This document shows positions 1 through 8,598 of a stretch of DNA of 32,000 nucleotides, piece by piece. Below the pieces are notes generated by a model. The model saw only the letters and a program-made list of their open reading frames with translations, was not told where the DNA came from and searched no databases. The stretch lies in contig NC_009776.1 of the NCBI RefSeq assembly GCF_000017945.1, positions 180,001-212,000 on the forward strand, in the 5' to 3' direction. The position numbers were made by a program, and so were the translations under genes. Each line of letters opens with the position of its first letter. Position 1 is the stretch's first letter. The DNA comes from Ignicoccus hospitalis KIN4/I (lineage in GTDB: Archaea; Thermoproteota; Thermoprotei_A; Sulfolobales; Ignicoccaceae).

Positions 1-4
1 TTGC

Positions 5-733
5 TCAGAGATTATCGGCTCTCGTATAGGCGATGACCTTCCTTAACGAGGCCACGAAGCTCAAGGGGGCTACGAGGGGGTCGTAGGGCAAGCTCACTAG
101 GCCGGCCCTCATCCTAACCGCCATCCCCCTCACCCAGTGCTCTTCGGACGACGTCGTCAAGATCACTATTTTCTTGTTGCGGAGCTCCGCGCCGAGCGCC
201 TCTTGATAATACAAAGCGGGCGCCTTGGTTACGTAGCTTAAAGCTTGGGCGGCCATTTCCATGCTGTTTGTATATATAATCATATCGATATCCAGGTTTA
301 AGGTGAGAGGGATCTCCAAGTCCTCCAAGTCCTCTTTAATTCTAGCCGCCCTCGGGTTGTCCGAGCCCTCGAGAGCCTCCCTTAGGACCGTCGACCCGAC
401 CTCCACGAGGGCTTGCAACAAGTCCGGAGGGACCTCGCGGGCCGGGTAGGCGCTCAGCTTGCCCTCGAGCTCGTAGGGGAGCCCCTTCAGAGGGGGCCTG
501 AAGAGCTCCACTTCGTATCCCGCGACCTTCAAGGCCTCCAAGACCCTCAAGGTGCTCGAGGGGTCCCCGAGGCCGAAGACCGTGGCTCGCCCTCCCCCCT
601 CCGAAAAGGGCAAGTACCTTTGGGAAACCTCTTCGGGCCTCAACACCGGGGCAAACGTTCCCTTGAGCTCCATCAAGGCGTTTGAGTAAAGCCTCGCCAG
701 GCCCGAGGCGGGGCCAGTATAGGTCAGTAACAT
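5..733 (-). CDS. hypothetical protein, start taken at internal ATG (MLLTYTGPASG...) overlapping the upstream gene's stop as ATGA
   Basis: ORF 5..832 read from ATG at 733; TGA of the 733..1005 ORF overlaps this ATG; no confidently recognised domain. Confidence 0.6.
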   Translation of the reverse strand: MLLTYTGPASGLARLYSNALMELKGTFAPVLRPEEVSQRYLPFSEGGGRATVFGLGDPSSTLRVLEALKVAGYEVELFRPPLKGLPYELEGKLSAYPAREVPPDLLQALVEVGSTVLREALEGSDNPRAARIKEDLEDLEIPLTLNLDIDMIIYTNSMEMAAQALSYVTKAPALYYQEALGAELRNKKIVILTTSSEEHWVRGMAVRMRAGLVSLPYDPLVAPLSFVASLRKVIAYTRADNL

Positions 734-1005
734 CACTTCTTGACACCCTTCAAGCGGGCGTATATCTCTTCTTTCAAGTTCGCCTTCTCGTCGAGTCCGC
801 CCACCTCTGGGAACCATATAGGCCTCTTGCACTCTTTCCCTCTGTAAGGACAGAGCAAGCAGAAGTGTGCGCTCACGAAAGCTAAAGGCCTGTCCTCAAC
901 TCTGCCCAAGGTCGCCTCCTCTATTAAGGGACACCTCTCCCCGATCTGACCTTGGCCGTCGAGGGGCCTCCTCCAATATATAACCAACTCTCGAGTCCCA
1001 CCCAA
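733..1005 (-). CDS. hypothetical protein with Cys-rich centre (CPLIEE...CLLCPYRGKEC)
   Basis: ORF; ATGA overlap with the downstream gene; conserved-looking cysteine arrangement. Confidence 0.55.
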   Translation of the reverse strand: MGGTRELVIYWRRPLDGQGQIGERCPLIEEATLGRVEDRPLAFVSAHFCLLCPYRGKECKRPIWFPEVGGLDEKANLKEEIYARLKGVKK

Positions 1006-1025
1006 GACGGCCCTTAGGGGTAAAA

Positions 1026-1334
1026 TTGTTGAGAAGGCTGGAGCTTCTGAAAGAATTGCTGCTCTTAATACCGTTAGGGAAGGTGACCACGTACTCTTCG
1101 TTGGCCTCTTTGTTGGGTACCCACCCCAGGGCGGTGGGCGCGATGCTCGCGCGAAACGAGGACTTGGTGGTTTACCCTTGCCACCGCGTAGTTATGTCAG
1201 ACGGTAGGCTGGGGGGTTACGCCTTGGGTAAGGAGTTCAAGAGGAGGCTGTTAGAGCTCGAAGGGGTGAAGTTCTGCGGTCCCGAGAGGGTGTGTAAGGA
1301 GAGCGTGGTCGACCTCAAAGAGCTGCTCTCTTAG
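1026..1334 (+). CDS. ogt: methylated-DNA--protein-cysteine methyltransferase, C-terminal catalytic domain only (102 aa)
   Basis: LGKVTTYSSLA ... YPCHRVVMSDGRLGGYALG, the PCHRV active-site signature. Confidence 0.82.
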   Translation: MLRRLELLKELLLLIPLGKVTTYSSLASLLGTHPRAVGAMLARNEDLVVYPCHRVVMSDGRLGGYALGKEFKRRLLELEGVKFCGPERVCKESVVDLKELLS

Positions 1335-1731
1335 ATAGCAACCCACGGATCAAGAGCAAAGCGGTGGGCGCGACCCATGGAGGAACGCTTAAACCTCTCG
1401 TACCTTCATTATCTTCCTTCATCAAGGTTATTGGGGTCGAGTTCCAGAAGAACACCTTGTTGTCTAGCAGAGTAAAGTTGTTAGCCAAGAGGGGTACGGT
1501 CAAGCACCCCTCTCCTATAACAACGTACTCTGGGAAACCGTTGAGATAAACGGTAACTGTGTCGTTGCAGACCTTTAAGAAGTCTTGGGCCGAGGTGGTC
1601 GCGTTGGTAACAATTGCTTCGCGCGTCTTTGACAAAACCAAGTAGAAGAGTAAGAGGGTGAAAACTTCCCCTCGCCCAACCAACGGGCCCTCCCCGGTGA
1701 AGGGCAGAGGCCCCTTGCCCTCCCGGCTCAA
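1315..1731 (-). CDS. small secreted/membrane hypothetical protein; true start may be internal (TTG before VGRGEVFTLLLFYLVL)
   Basis: ORF with hydrophobic N-terminal segment, four N-x-T/S sequons (NAT, NDT, NFT, NST), two cysteines. Confidence 0.45.
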   Translation of the reverse strand: MSREGKGPLPFTGEGPLVGRGEVFTLLLFYLVLSKTREAIVTNATTSAQDFLKVCNDTVTVYLNGFPEYVVIGEGCLTVPLLANNFTLLDNKVFFWNSTPITLMKEDNEGTRGLSVPPWVAPTALLLIRGLLSKRAAL

Positions 1732-1772
1732 AGTAAATAACGCCGCGAGAGAGCTCCAAAACCGCGCGCCGA

Positions 1773-1839
1773 CCCCCTGGACGGAGGCCGTAAGGCCTCA
1801 GAATGAAAGGGGGGACTGTTAGGCTCCCACACCAGGGGG
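1773..1839 (+). promoter_or_regulatory. structured leader candidate upstream of the moxR operon
   Basis: CCCCCTGG (1773-1780) / CCAGGGGG (1832-1839) 8-bp inverted repeat enclosing GAGGCC-GTAA-GGCCTC (1784-1799), with competing AGGGGG at 1808-1813. Confidence 0.35.
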
Positions 1840-1848
1840 CACGATCCC

Positions 1849-2793
1849 GTGGAGCCGAAGGAGTTGTACGAAAAGATACTAAACAACGTAACGCAGCATT
1901 TAGCCGGCGTCGAGAGGCCCGTGGAAGTCCTAACGATCTCCTTGCTGTCCCGAGGCCACGCCCTCTTGGAAGGGGTAGTGGGCGTGGCCAAGACTACGCT
2001 GGCGAAGCTCTTCGCCCAGAGCTTAGGGCTGAGCTTCAGGAGGGTTCAGATGACCCCCGACTTGTTGCCCGCCGACTTGTTAGGGGGCAAGATATTCGAC
2101 CCCAAGACTGGGGAGTTCAGAACGGTCAAAGGGCCCATATTCACGAACGTCCTATTGGTCGACGAAATAAATAGGGCCTCGCCCCGAACGCAATCTGCCT
2201 TGTTAGAGGCCATGCAAGAGGGCCAAGTGACCATAGAGGGCGAGACTTTCGAGCTGCCGAAGCCGTTCTTCGTTATAGCTACTATGAACCCCGTTGAGAT
2301 GGTCGGTACCTACCAACTTCCCGAGGCTGCCAAGGACAGGTTTCTCGCTAGCATAGACATGAGGTTCCCGCCGAGGGAGGTGGAAGTGATGGCAGTCTTA
2401 CTCGACTCGGAGCGCCGCGCGAGGGAGCCCTCGGCGAGCCCCGTGGCGGGCCCGGAGGACGTTATCGACGCTATAGAGCGGGCGCAGGCGGTGAAGCTCA
2501 GCAGGAAAGTGGCGGAGTACGTAGTGGACGTGGTCAGGGCGACCCGACGGGCCCCGGGGGTGCTGTTAGGGGCAACCACGAGGGCGGCGATCCACTTGGC
2601 TAGGGCGGCGAAGGCCAAGGCGGCGATCGAAGGTAGGGACGTGGCGCTCACCGACGACGTCAAGTATGTGGCTCCGTACGTGTTGGCCCACCGAATAGTT
2701 GTCGAAGTACCCACGACGAGGCTCTTCGCCTCCAGGGACGCCGCTCTTAAGGTAGTCAGCGAGGTCCTCGAAGAGGTGGAGCCCCCCGCATGA
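1849..2793 (+). CDS. MoxR-family AAA+ ATPase, GTG start
   Basis: GHALLEGVVGVAKTTLAKLFAQ (Walker A region), LLVDEINRASPRTQSALLEAMQEGQVTIEG, FFVIATMNPVE. Confidence 0.93.
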   Translation: MEPKELYEKILNNVTQHLAGVERPVEVLTISLLSRGHALLEGVVGVAKTTLAKLFAQSLGLSFRRVQMTPDLLPADLLGGKIFDPKTGEFRTVKGPIFTNVLLVDEINRASPRTQSALLEAMQEGQVTIEGETFELPKPFFVIATMNPVEMVGTYQLPEAAKDRFLASIDMRFPPREVEVMAVLLDSERRAREPSASPVAGPEDVIDAIERAQAVKLSRKVAEYVVDVVRATRRAPGVLLGATTRAAIHLARAAKAKAAIEGRDVALTDDVKYVAPYVLAHRIVVEVPTTRLFASRDAALKVVSEVLEEVEPPA

Positions 2794-4076
2794 GATTCAT
2801 AGTAGCCTTAGTGACTTTAGCTATTGCATATTTCATGTTGAACTCGTTGGAGCCCTTGAACGCCGGCGCGTTAGTGGCTGGAGGGAGGGTGGAGGTACCC
2901 TACTCTTGGGACGTAAGCGGGCCGAGGGTGGTCTTGGCGTCCGTGTCCCCTCCGGACGCCAAGTGGCTCAGAGTAGCTTCCTTCAGCGTTTACACGGGCG
3001 ACGCTTGGGTTAAGGGCGACGAAGAGCTCTCCGGCAAGCTAGGCGGCGCGGAGTACAAGATCAGCGTGACGCCCTACGCGATAATGTTGTACCCCGCGAT
3101 GCCGGTGCCGCAGCCCGCGCCGGGCTACACGCCCCAAGGACAAGGGCTCACGAAGATCAAAGACGAGTTTAGGAGTGACTCTTTCGTGATTAAGGTAAGA
3201 GTGGAGTACGGGGCCCCGTTCCCCTACGGGGAATACCCGGAGCTCGGTTACAGGGTCTCCTCCCTCTTGGGCGAGCCGAAGGGTTGGTCGACGCCGAGGG
3301 TTCAAGCGCTAGCCGCGCAGCTCCTCGAGAGGTTCAGAGATAAAACGCTTAGAGAGCTCCTAGGGTACTTGACCTCGTGGCTCCGGGACAACTACCGGTA
3401 CGCGCTGCGCTACTCGGGGACCCCGGCGGGGGACGCAGCGGACTGGTTCCTCTTCGTCTCTAAGACTGGGATGTGTGTTCACTTCGCGACGGCGGCTGCG
3501 GTCCTCCTCAACGACATGGGCATTAGGGCCCGCGTGGTTTACGGCTTCGCCAACAGCTACGTCAACGACGGCCTTAGGGTATTCACTACTCCAACTCACC
3601 TCTGGGTGGAGGTCTGGACGCCCAGCGGCTGGGTGCCTTGGGATCCCTCCCCGCCGCTGACCCTAGCGAGCGCCTCCGGCACCCCCTTACAGCGCTCGGC
3701 TCCTCAAGCTCAAACAATCCAAGAGCTGGGAGGAGGGAGAGGAGCGAGCGCGAGGACCGCTCCGCCGGCCCTCCGTACAAACCCCTTGGAGCTGTTGGTA
3801 ATGATATCAGCGCTCTTGTTAGTTTCGATCTACGCAGCCCCCCTGAAGGGTTGGCTCGTCGCGTGGCCCTTGGCGTTCAGGAGGTGTGTCGAGCGGGTTT
3901 ACGGCGCGAAGGGGCTCACCCTTAGGGAGGTGGCCGAGATCACCGGCATAAAGGAATTGGAACACGCCCAGAGGGAGTACTTGCTGGAGGGCAAGTGGCC
4001 GAGGAGGGGCGTTTTGAAGGCCCTAAGGTGGTGTCTGGCCCGGTGGGCGAGACGCACCCGTTACAGGCGGCGGTGA
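2790..4076 (+). CDS. membrane-anchored transglutaminase-like (TgpA-type) protein
   Basis: Cys-His-Asp triad in TGMCVHFATAAAVLLNDMGIRARVVYGF...THLWVEVW...WVPWDPSP; N- and C-proximal TM segments; ATGA overlap with moxR. Confidence 0.88.
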   Translation: MRFIVALVTLAIAYFMLNSLEPLNAGALVAGGRVEVPYSWDVSGPRVVLASVSPPDAKWLRVASFSVYTGDAWVKGDEELSGKLGGAEYKISVTPYAIMLYPAMPVPQPAPGYTPQGQGLTKIKDEFRSDSFVIKVRVEYGAPFPYGEYPELGYRVSSLLGEPKGWSTPRVQALAAQLLERFRDKTLRELLGYLTSWLRDNYRYALRYSGTPAGDAADWFLFVSKTGMCVHFATAAAVLLNDMGIRARVVYGFANSYVNDGLRVFTTPTHLWVEVWTPSGWVPWDPSPPLTLASASGTPLQRSAPQAQTIQELGGGRGASARTAPPALRTNPLELLVMISALLLVSIYAAPLKGWLVAWPLAFRRCVERVYGAKGLTLREVAEITGIKELEHAQREYLLEGKWPRRGVLKALRWCLARWARRTRYRRR

Positions 4077-4387
4077 GCGCCCTCTTGTTGCTGTCCTCAG
4101 CGATAATATTGTTGAGCGCCTACCAAGCCAGCGCAGAGAGCTTCCCCGAGGTGGAGTACTTCAAGAAGAGGGTGGTCGTCAGAGGAACCTCCATGAGCTT
4201 GGCCGAGGCGTGCGTGGAGGCCGTCCGGAGGACCCTCAAGGGGCCGGCGCGGGCCTTGTTGGTCCTCTCCCTCCGACACGCGAGGGAGTACTTGTCCTAC
4301 GGCGCCTTCACCGCCGCGGCCTACGAGGCCAGTAGAGCTTATAGGTTTTATAAGAAACTCAAGAGGCTTTGGCGAACCACCTCTTGA
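4073..4387 (+). CDS. small membrane-anchored hypothetical protein, GTG start coupled by GTGA overlap
   Basis: GTG at 4073 overlaps TGA 4074-4076; LLLLSSAIILLSAY hydrophobic N-terminus; in frame with listed ORF 3995..4387. Confidence 0.6.
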   Translation: MSALLLLSSAIILLSAYQASAESFPEVEYFKKRVVVRGTSMSLAEACVEAVRRTLKGPARALLVLSLRHAREYLSYGAFTAAAYEASRAYRFYKKLKRLWRTTS

Positions 4388-5135
4388 TCAGCCCAAGCTT
4401 GACTAGCTTGTGGTAGCCGTAGCCGGCCTTTATGGCGCTCAACACCTTTTCTTGACTTTCCTTCGGGACGTAGCTGCCGCCCACGCGGGTGGCCCCTAAG
4501 AGCTTCGCGAAGTACGGGTGAACGGTGGCGGTAGGCCCCAACAAGACCTTCTCCTTGGCCGAAACCTTATCTAAGACGTAAGGCCCCCGAGGGTCTAGCA
4601 AGGAGGCCCCGGTGGCTATTACAACCTCTGCGCTGTCCTCCAGTAAAACGTAAGAGCCGGGGTAGGCTTCTACCCCGAGCTGCTTGGCCTCGCAGCGCAA
4701 CCTGTAGTTGTCTTCGTACAATATCACTCGCGCCCCCCTCTCCACTATTTCGTCTAGGACCCTCCTCATGTATCCTATCATTATTACCTTGTCTCCTTTT
4801 TTAATGTCCACCACGTCGATTAACGACGTCGAGTCGAAGTCCACTTCACCTCCCTCGTCTATCCATTTGTGGGTGAGGGCTGACATAGTCGCCAGCGCGA
4901 GCGAGGTCTCTGCCTCCCCCTTCCAAGCGAGGGAAAAGACCTTCCTCACGTACGCTTTTGGCTCCACGACCTCTGTCAAGCCCTCGCACTCCGGCAAGAA
5001 CGCGAAGCCCATGCGTCCGTCAACGAGTGCGTAGCTCAACTTTCTACATAAACAGTAGTCCTCTACACGGGAGGAAGAATACTGGGAAAGAACCGACTTA
5101 AGCGTGGCCAGGAGCGCGTTGGAGAGGACGTTCAA
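4359..5135 (-). CDS. DUF364-like (putative heavy-metal chelation) protein
   Basis: C-terminal GATLLDPRGPYVLDKVSAKEKVLLGPTATVHPYFAKLLGATRVGGSYV resembles DUF364. Confidence 0.6.
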   Translation of the reverse strand: MNVLSNALLATLKSVLSQYSSSRVEDYCLCRKLSYALVDGRMGFAFLPECEGLTEVVEPKAYVRKVFSLAWKGEAETSLALATMSALTHKWIDEGGEVDFDSTSLIDVVDIKKGDKVIMIGYMRRVLDEIVERGARVILYEDNYRLRCEAKQLGVEAYPGSYVLLEDSAEVVIATGASLLDPRGPYVLDKVSAKEKVLLGPTATVHPYFAKLLGATRVGGSYVPKESQEKVLSAIKAGYGYHKLVKLGLIKRWFAKAS

Positions 5136-5179
5136 GCTATCGATCCCTCAACCGTGAAGGCGCGTCGGGGTAGAAAGCT

Positions 5180-5482
5180 TCAGTTGGGGCTCAAGTCTTC
5201 CCTTAGCTTCACTTCGAGTATCTGAGCGTTCTTGGTTTCTATTTGGTACAATATAGTTAAGAGGTCCACGAGCTCCACTACACGCCTAACTCTCCTTAAG
5301 TCAACAAGGTCATTACGAATCTCATTCCCGCTAACGCACGGAAACTGTTTAAAGAGTTCTATGCAGGACTCTTTAACTTCTTCGTTTGCCTCGAGGGAGT
5401 CGAGGACGGCAATCAGCTCCTTCAGGGGCACGCAGCCACTTCTCTTCCCCAACCTCTTACTTACCTCTTCTACACATTGCAA
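5180..5482 (-). CDS. hypothetical protein, TTG start
   Basis: ORF only; helical, charged small protein with several Cys. Confidence 0.5.
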   Translation of the reverse strand: MQCVEEVSKRLGKRSGCVPLKELIAVLDSLEANEEVKESCIELFKQFPCVSGNEIRNDLVDLRRVRRVVELVDLLTILYQIETKNAQILEVKLREDLSPN

Positions 5483-5566
5483 ACGGTCGTCCCGGAGTCT
5501 GATGTTACAGACGCAGTAATCAGACGTTCTGTACCTTTAGACCACTTAAAGTACGTGAACGTAAGG

Positions 5567-6397
5567 TCAGCGCTCCGCTAAGCTCTTCTCTAGGACCTCC
5601 AACAGCTCCTTATACTTGGAGTAGGCCAAGTTGAAGGCAGTGGTACTCTTATCCAAGTCCAGCCAAGCGGGCCCGCTCTTCTGTAGTCCCACCAACCTCC
5701 CCCTTTCGTCGAACGCGAAGACTATCTTCCCGTCCGCCACCACTTCTTCCTCCAGCGTCGGGTCTACCATAAACAAGTTCTCGAGCACGTTCAGCGTTAC
5801 GCTAACCACCTTGTTAGCTATCGGTAGCGGCCTCTTGTTGGCCTCGTCTACCTCCACGCTCCCGTCCTCCCGGACGACGTATTCTGGGTACCTAGTGTCT
5901 AACAGCGCGGCCATGGACGCTAGCATGGATGCGTCGAACAAGTTGCCGTCGTGGTCGAGCACGTAAACGTCCAACCACACTACTAATACTTTCTCGCCGG
6001 GTATGAGGACTAACTCCTTCAAGTCTATCACTCCGGGCTCCCTCAGAGCGCGGTCTATGACCCTCGCCAGCTCTATCGCGTTCTCGTCCGGCGGGCCCGG
6101 CTCGAACTCCGAGGAGGCCAGCGGGAGCAGCTCGGCGTTTACGTTAAGCACCCCGGCGTCCGGGACGTCCTTGAAGGGCTTCCCCACCTCGACCTTTACG
6201 CCGGCTAGAACCTTGGTGTTGCCTATCTCTACCAAAGCGCTCCCGTGGGCCTTCCCACCTACGCCTAGCGTTATTTTGATTGGCCGATACTGGTCGAGCC
6301 TCCTCTTGTCTATCCTCGTCCCCCTCTTGGCGAGGGACAGTATGGTATCCCTCTTCAGCTTGGGCACGATAGGGACGTTAAACGGCGTTATGGACAT
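5567..6397 (-). CDS. rrp42: archaeal exosome subunit Rrp42
   Basis: RNase PH fold: GTRIDKRRLDQYRPIKITLGVGGKAHGSALVEIGNTKVLAGVK...; operon with Rrp41/Rrp4. Confidence 0.95.
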   Translation of the reverse strand: MSITPFNVPIVPKLKRDTILSLAKRGTRIDKRRLDQYRPIKITLGVGGKAHGSALVEIGNTKVLAGVKVEVGKPFKDVPDAGVLNVNAELLPLASSEFEPGPPDENAIELARVIDRALREPGVIDLKELVLIPGEKVLVVWLDVYVLDHDGNLFDASMLASMAALLDTRYPEYVVREDGSVEVDEANKRPLPIANKVVSVTLNVLENLFMVDPTLEEEVVADGKIVFAFDERGRLVGLQKSGPAWLDLDKSTTAFNLAYSKYKELLEVLEKSLAER

Positions 6398-7123
6398 TTA
6401 GGCCTCACCCCCGCCGTACTTCTCCGCTAAGACCTTCTTCTGCATTGCATGAATTTTCTTGATGCCCTCCCAAGCCAGCTTGAGGGCTTGGGGGAACTCG
6501 CGGGGCTCCAAAACTCCGTTTAGCTGTAACAACACTATCTTGTTCAAAGACGGTATAGCCGCTACGGGCATGTCAGCCTCTCCGTACATGTCCTCCAGCT
6601 CGTCTATGTCCAGTACTAAGGTCCCTTGAACCTTTCCCACAGCGACCCCCGCAACTAATCCCTTCATGGGTATGCCGGCGTCGGCCAGAGCGAGGGAGGC
6701 AGCGGTCAACGCGGCAGTCCTAGTGCCCCCGTCAGCCCTTATTACCTCTATGAAGACGTCGATTATCGTTCTGGGGAACAAATGGGTCAGTATGGTCGCT
6801 TCAAGTGCTTCCCTTATTACCTTAGAGAGTTCTATCTCCCTTCTGCTCGGAGCCGGGTTCTTCCTCTCGTCGGTGCTGAAGGGAGCCATGTGGTATCTGC
6901 ACCTAATCACCGCCCTGTCGGGAAGGACCATGCCTCTCATCGGCGGCTCCCTGGGGCCGTAGACCGCTGCCACCACTTCGGTGCCGCCTATCCTAAGCCA
7001 CGCCGAACCGTCTGCGTTGTATAGCACGCCGACCTTCATCTCTAAGGGCCTGAGGTCAGCCGGCCCCCTTCCGTCGTGGCGCTTACCGTCCACTATTAGC
7101 GGCACGGGAGGCTCCTTCATCAT
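6398..7123 (-). CDS. rrp41: archaeal exosome catalytic subunit Rrp41
   Basis: [48 protein letters not shown]...; RNase PH family. Confidence 0.97.
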   Translation of the reverse strand: MMKEPPVPLIVDGKRHDGRGPADLRPLEMKVGVLYNADGSAWLRIGGTEVVAAVYGPREPPMRGMVLPDRAVIRCRYHMAPFSTDERKNPAPSRREIELSKVIREALEATILTHLFPRTIIDVFIEVIRADGGTRTAALTAASLALADAGIPMKGLVAGVAVGKVQGTLVLDIDELEDMYGEADMPVAAIPSLNKIVLLQLNGVLEPREFPQALKLAWEGIKKIHAMQKKVLAEKYGGGEA

Positions 7124-7839
7124 AGCAGTCCCCTCTCGTGCTTTTCGGTGGCGATAAGAACTCTGACCTTCTCAGTTAGGCCGGTAGCGAAGGCCTCCCT
7201 CTCTATTAGCTTTATTGCCAGCGTTACTATGTCCTCGAGGTCTTTGTTGGGACACTTGATCCATATCCTGCCGTTGGCGCCCACTATGATTTCGCAGCCG
7301 GTGTCTCCCTTTATGACGTTCAACATACTCTTCTTCTTTCCTATTACCCTAGGCACTCTTGACGGCTTTATTTCTACTATCTTGCCCTCTACGACCCTCC
7401 CCAATCCCTTACCTTGCACGTTCAGTATCGGGTCTTTAGTCCTGTCGAATGATTCTACCTTGGCTATGATATAGTCTCCTATATCTAAGTATTCTTTCAA
7501 ATTGTCCTTAGCAGGGTTGTAGGGCCTCCCCAGGAGGTTGCTGACGTGAAGTATGCCTATGTAGGGCGAGTTTATGTCCACTTGCCAGTGGGTCACTACG
7601 AAGTTTTCCACTACCCCTATTACTAAGTCTCCCGGCTTAGGAATGTAAGTTCCCTCAAACGGGATGAGGGAAACAGTACCGTTCGTTATTTCTGCCATCC
7701 CCGCCACTGCCGCGTAAACCGCGTCTCCCACCTTGTACAAGTACATTATTGACTTTGGGTTGATAGTATAGTTGCCCTTCACTACTAAGTCCCCGGGCAT
7801 CACTATCTTTCTTTGTACCTCATTGCTCTGCTTGTTCAC
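7120..7839 (-). CDS. rrp4: exosome RNA-binding subunit Rrp4 (S1 + KH)
   Basis: [10 protein letters not shown]..., S1 region [11 protein letters not shown]-like [20 protein letters not shown]; ATGA overlap with rrp41. Confidence 0.95.
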   Translation of the reverse strand: MNKQSNEVQRKIVMPGDLVVKGNYTINPKSIMYLYKVGDAVYAAVAGMAEITNGTVSLIPFEGTYIPKPGDLVIGVVENFVVTHWQVDINSPYIGILHVSNLLGRPYNPAKDNLKEYLDIGDYIIAKVESFDRTKDPILNVQGKGLGRVVEGKIVEIKPSRVPRVIGKKKSMLNVIKGDTGCEIIVGANGRIWIKCPNKDLEDIVTLAIKLIEREAFATGLTEKVRVLIATEKHERGLL

Positions 7840-7887
7840 CCTTTAACCCCATAGGGGAGATGCGGCGGAGCTAAATATGGTGGTTGC

Positions 7888-8598
7888 ATGAGCCTAAAGG
7901 TAATAGCTGGGCAGATTACGTACATCGAGCGACTTTATATATACCATTACGTGCCCGGCGCCCATGCGTTGTGGATCTCCTTGGACAGCTGGGAACCCCC
8001 AGAGAGCCCCCTGGAGTTCTTGAGGGGCGAGGGGAGGCAGCTCTCCGTTGAGGAGATAGTGAAGAGGGCGCTCAAGTACTCGACGAAGACCTTAGTCTTC
8101 GACGGGCCCCTCCCTTACGAGGTAGCGGAAGAGCTCTTGAGGAGGGGGTTCAGGGTGGCCGTGAGGTACGACGCCCCCCTCGAGCTCCCCAAGGGGGCGT
8201 CGTTGCTCATGCAAACCTCCTCCCCCGAGGACTTGAGGGCCCAATTGAAGGCCTATGACGACGTCCACTTGGAAGTTTACCCAACCAACCTAGAGGCGCT
8301 CGAAGAGGCCCCTAAGGACTTGCCCGTACACCTCTTCTCGTGGCCGGACTACTTAAAGGTAGAGAAGATGGGCTTTTACTACGTCTACAACCACACCCAG
8401 CCCTACCGGGAGGACACCAAGTGCCCTAGGTGCGGCACCCCGAACGCGGTGAGGGAGAACGACACGCTCTTGGGATGGGACGGGCCTAGGTGTAGGAGGT
8501 GCGGCTTCCGCTTACACTACCACGCAGAGGAAACGCCGGAGGTGCCTAGGGTCATACGCGAGTGGCTCTCTTGGCGCTTTTCCGTTCCAGTGCTTTGA
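7888..8598 (+). CDS. AmmeMemoRadiSam-like protein lacking the radical-SAM CxxxCxxC motif, with C-terminal zinc ribbon
   Basis: GFYYVYNHTQPYREDTKCPRCGTPNAVRENDTLLGWDGPRCRRCGF resembles the C-terminus of AmmeMemoRadiSam-system radical SAM enzymes; no N-terminal CxxxCxxC. Confidence 0.5.
   Translation: MSLKVIAGQITYIERLYIYHYVPGAHALWISLDSWEPPESPLEFLRGEGRQLSVEEIVKRALKYSTKTLVFDGPLPYEVAEELLRRGFRVAVRYDAPLELPKGASLLMQTSSPEDLRAQLKAYDDVHLEVYPTNLEALEEAPKDLPVHLFSWPDYLKVEKMGFYYVYNHTQPYREDTKCPRCGTPNAVRENDTLLGWDGPRCRRCGFRLHYHAEETPEVPRVIREWLSWRFSVPVL

Noticed and set aside
1481-1991. Minus-strand ORFs 1481..1759 and 1728..1991 and plus ORF 1364..1549
   Set aside because: Overlap 1315..1731 and moxR in other frames; low-complexity Arg/Gly/Pro composition and no signatures.
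7117-7123. Perfect ATGATGA (minus strand) at the rrp41 start
   Set aside because: No D/D' box at suitable distance; it is the ATG ATG start region of rrp41.
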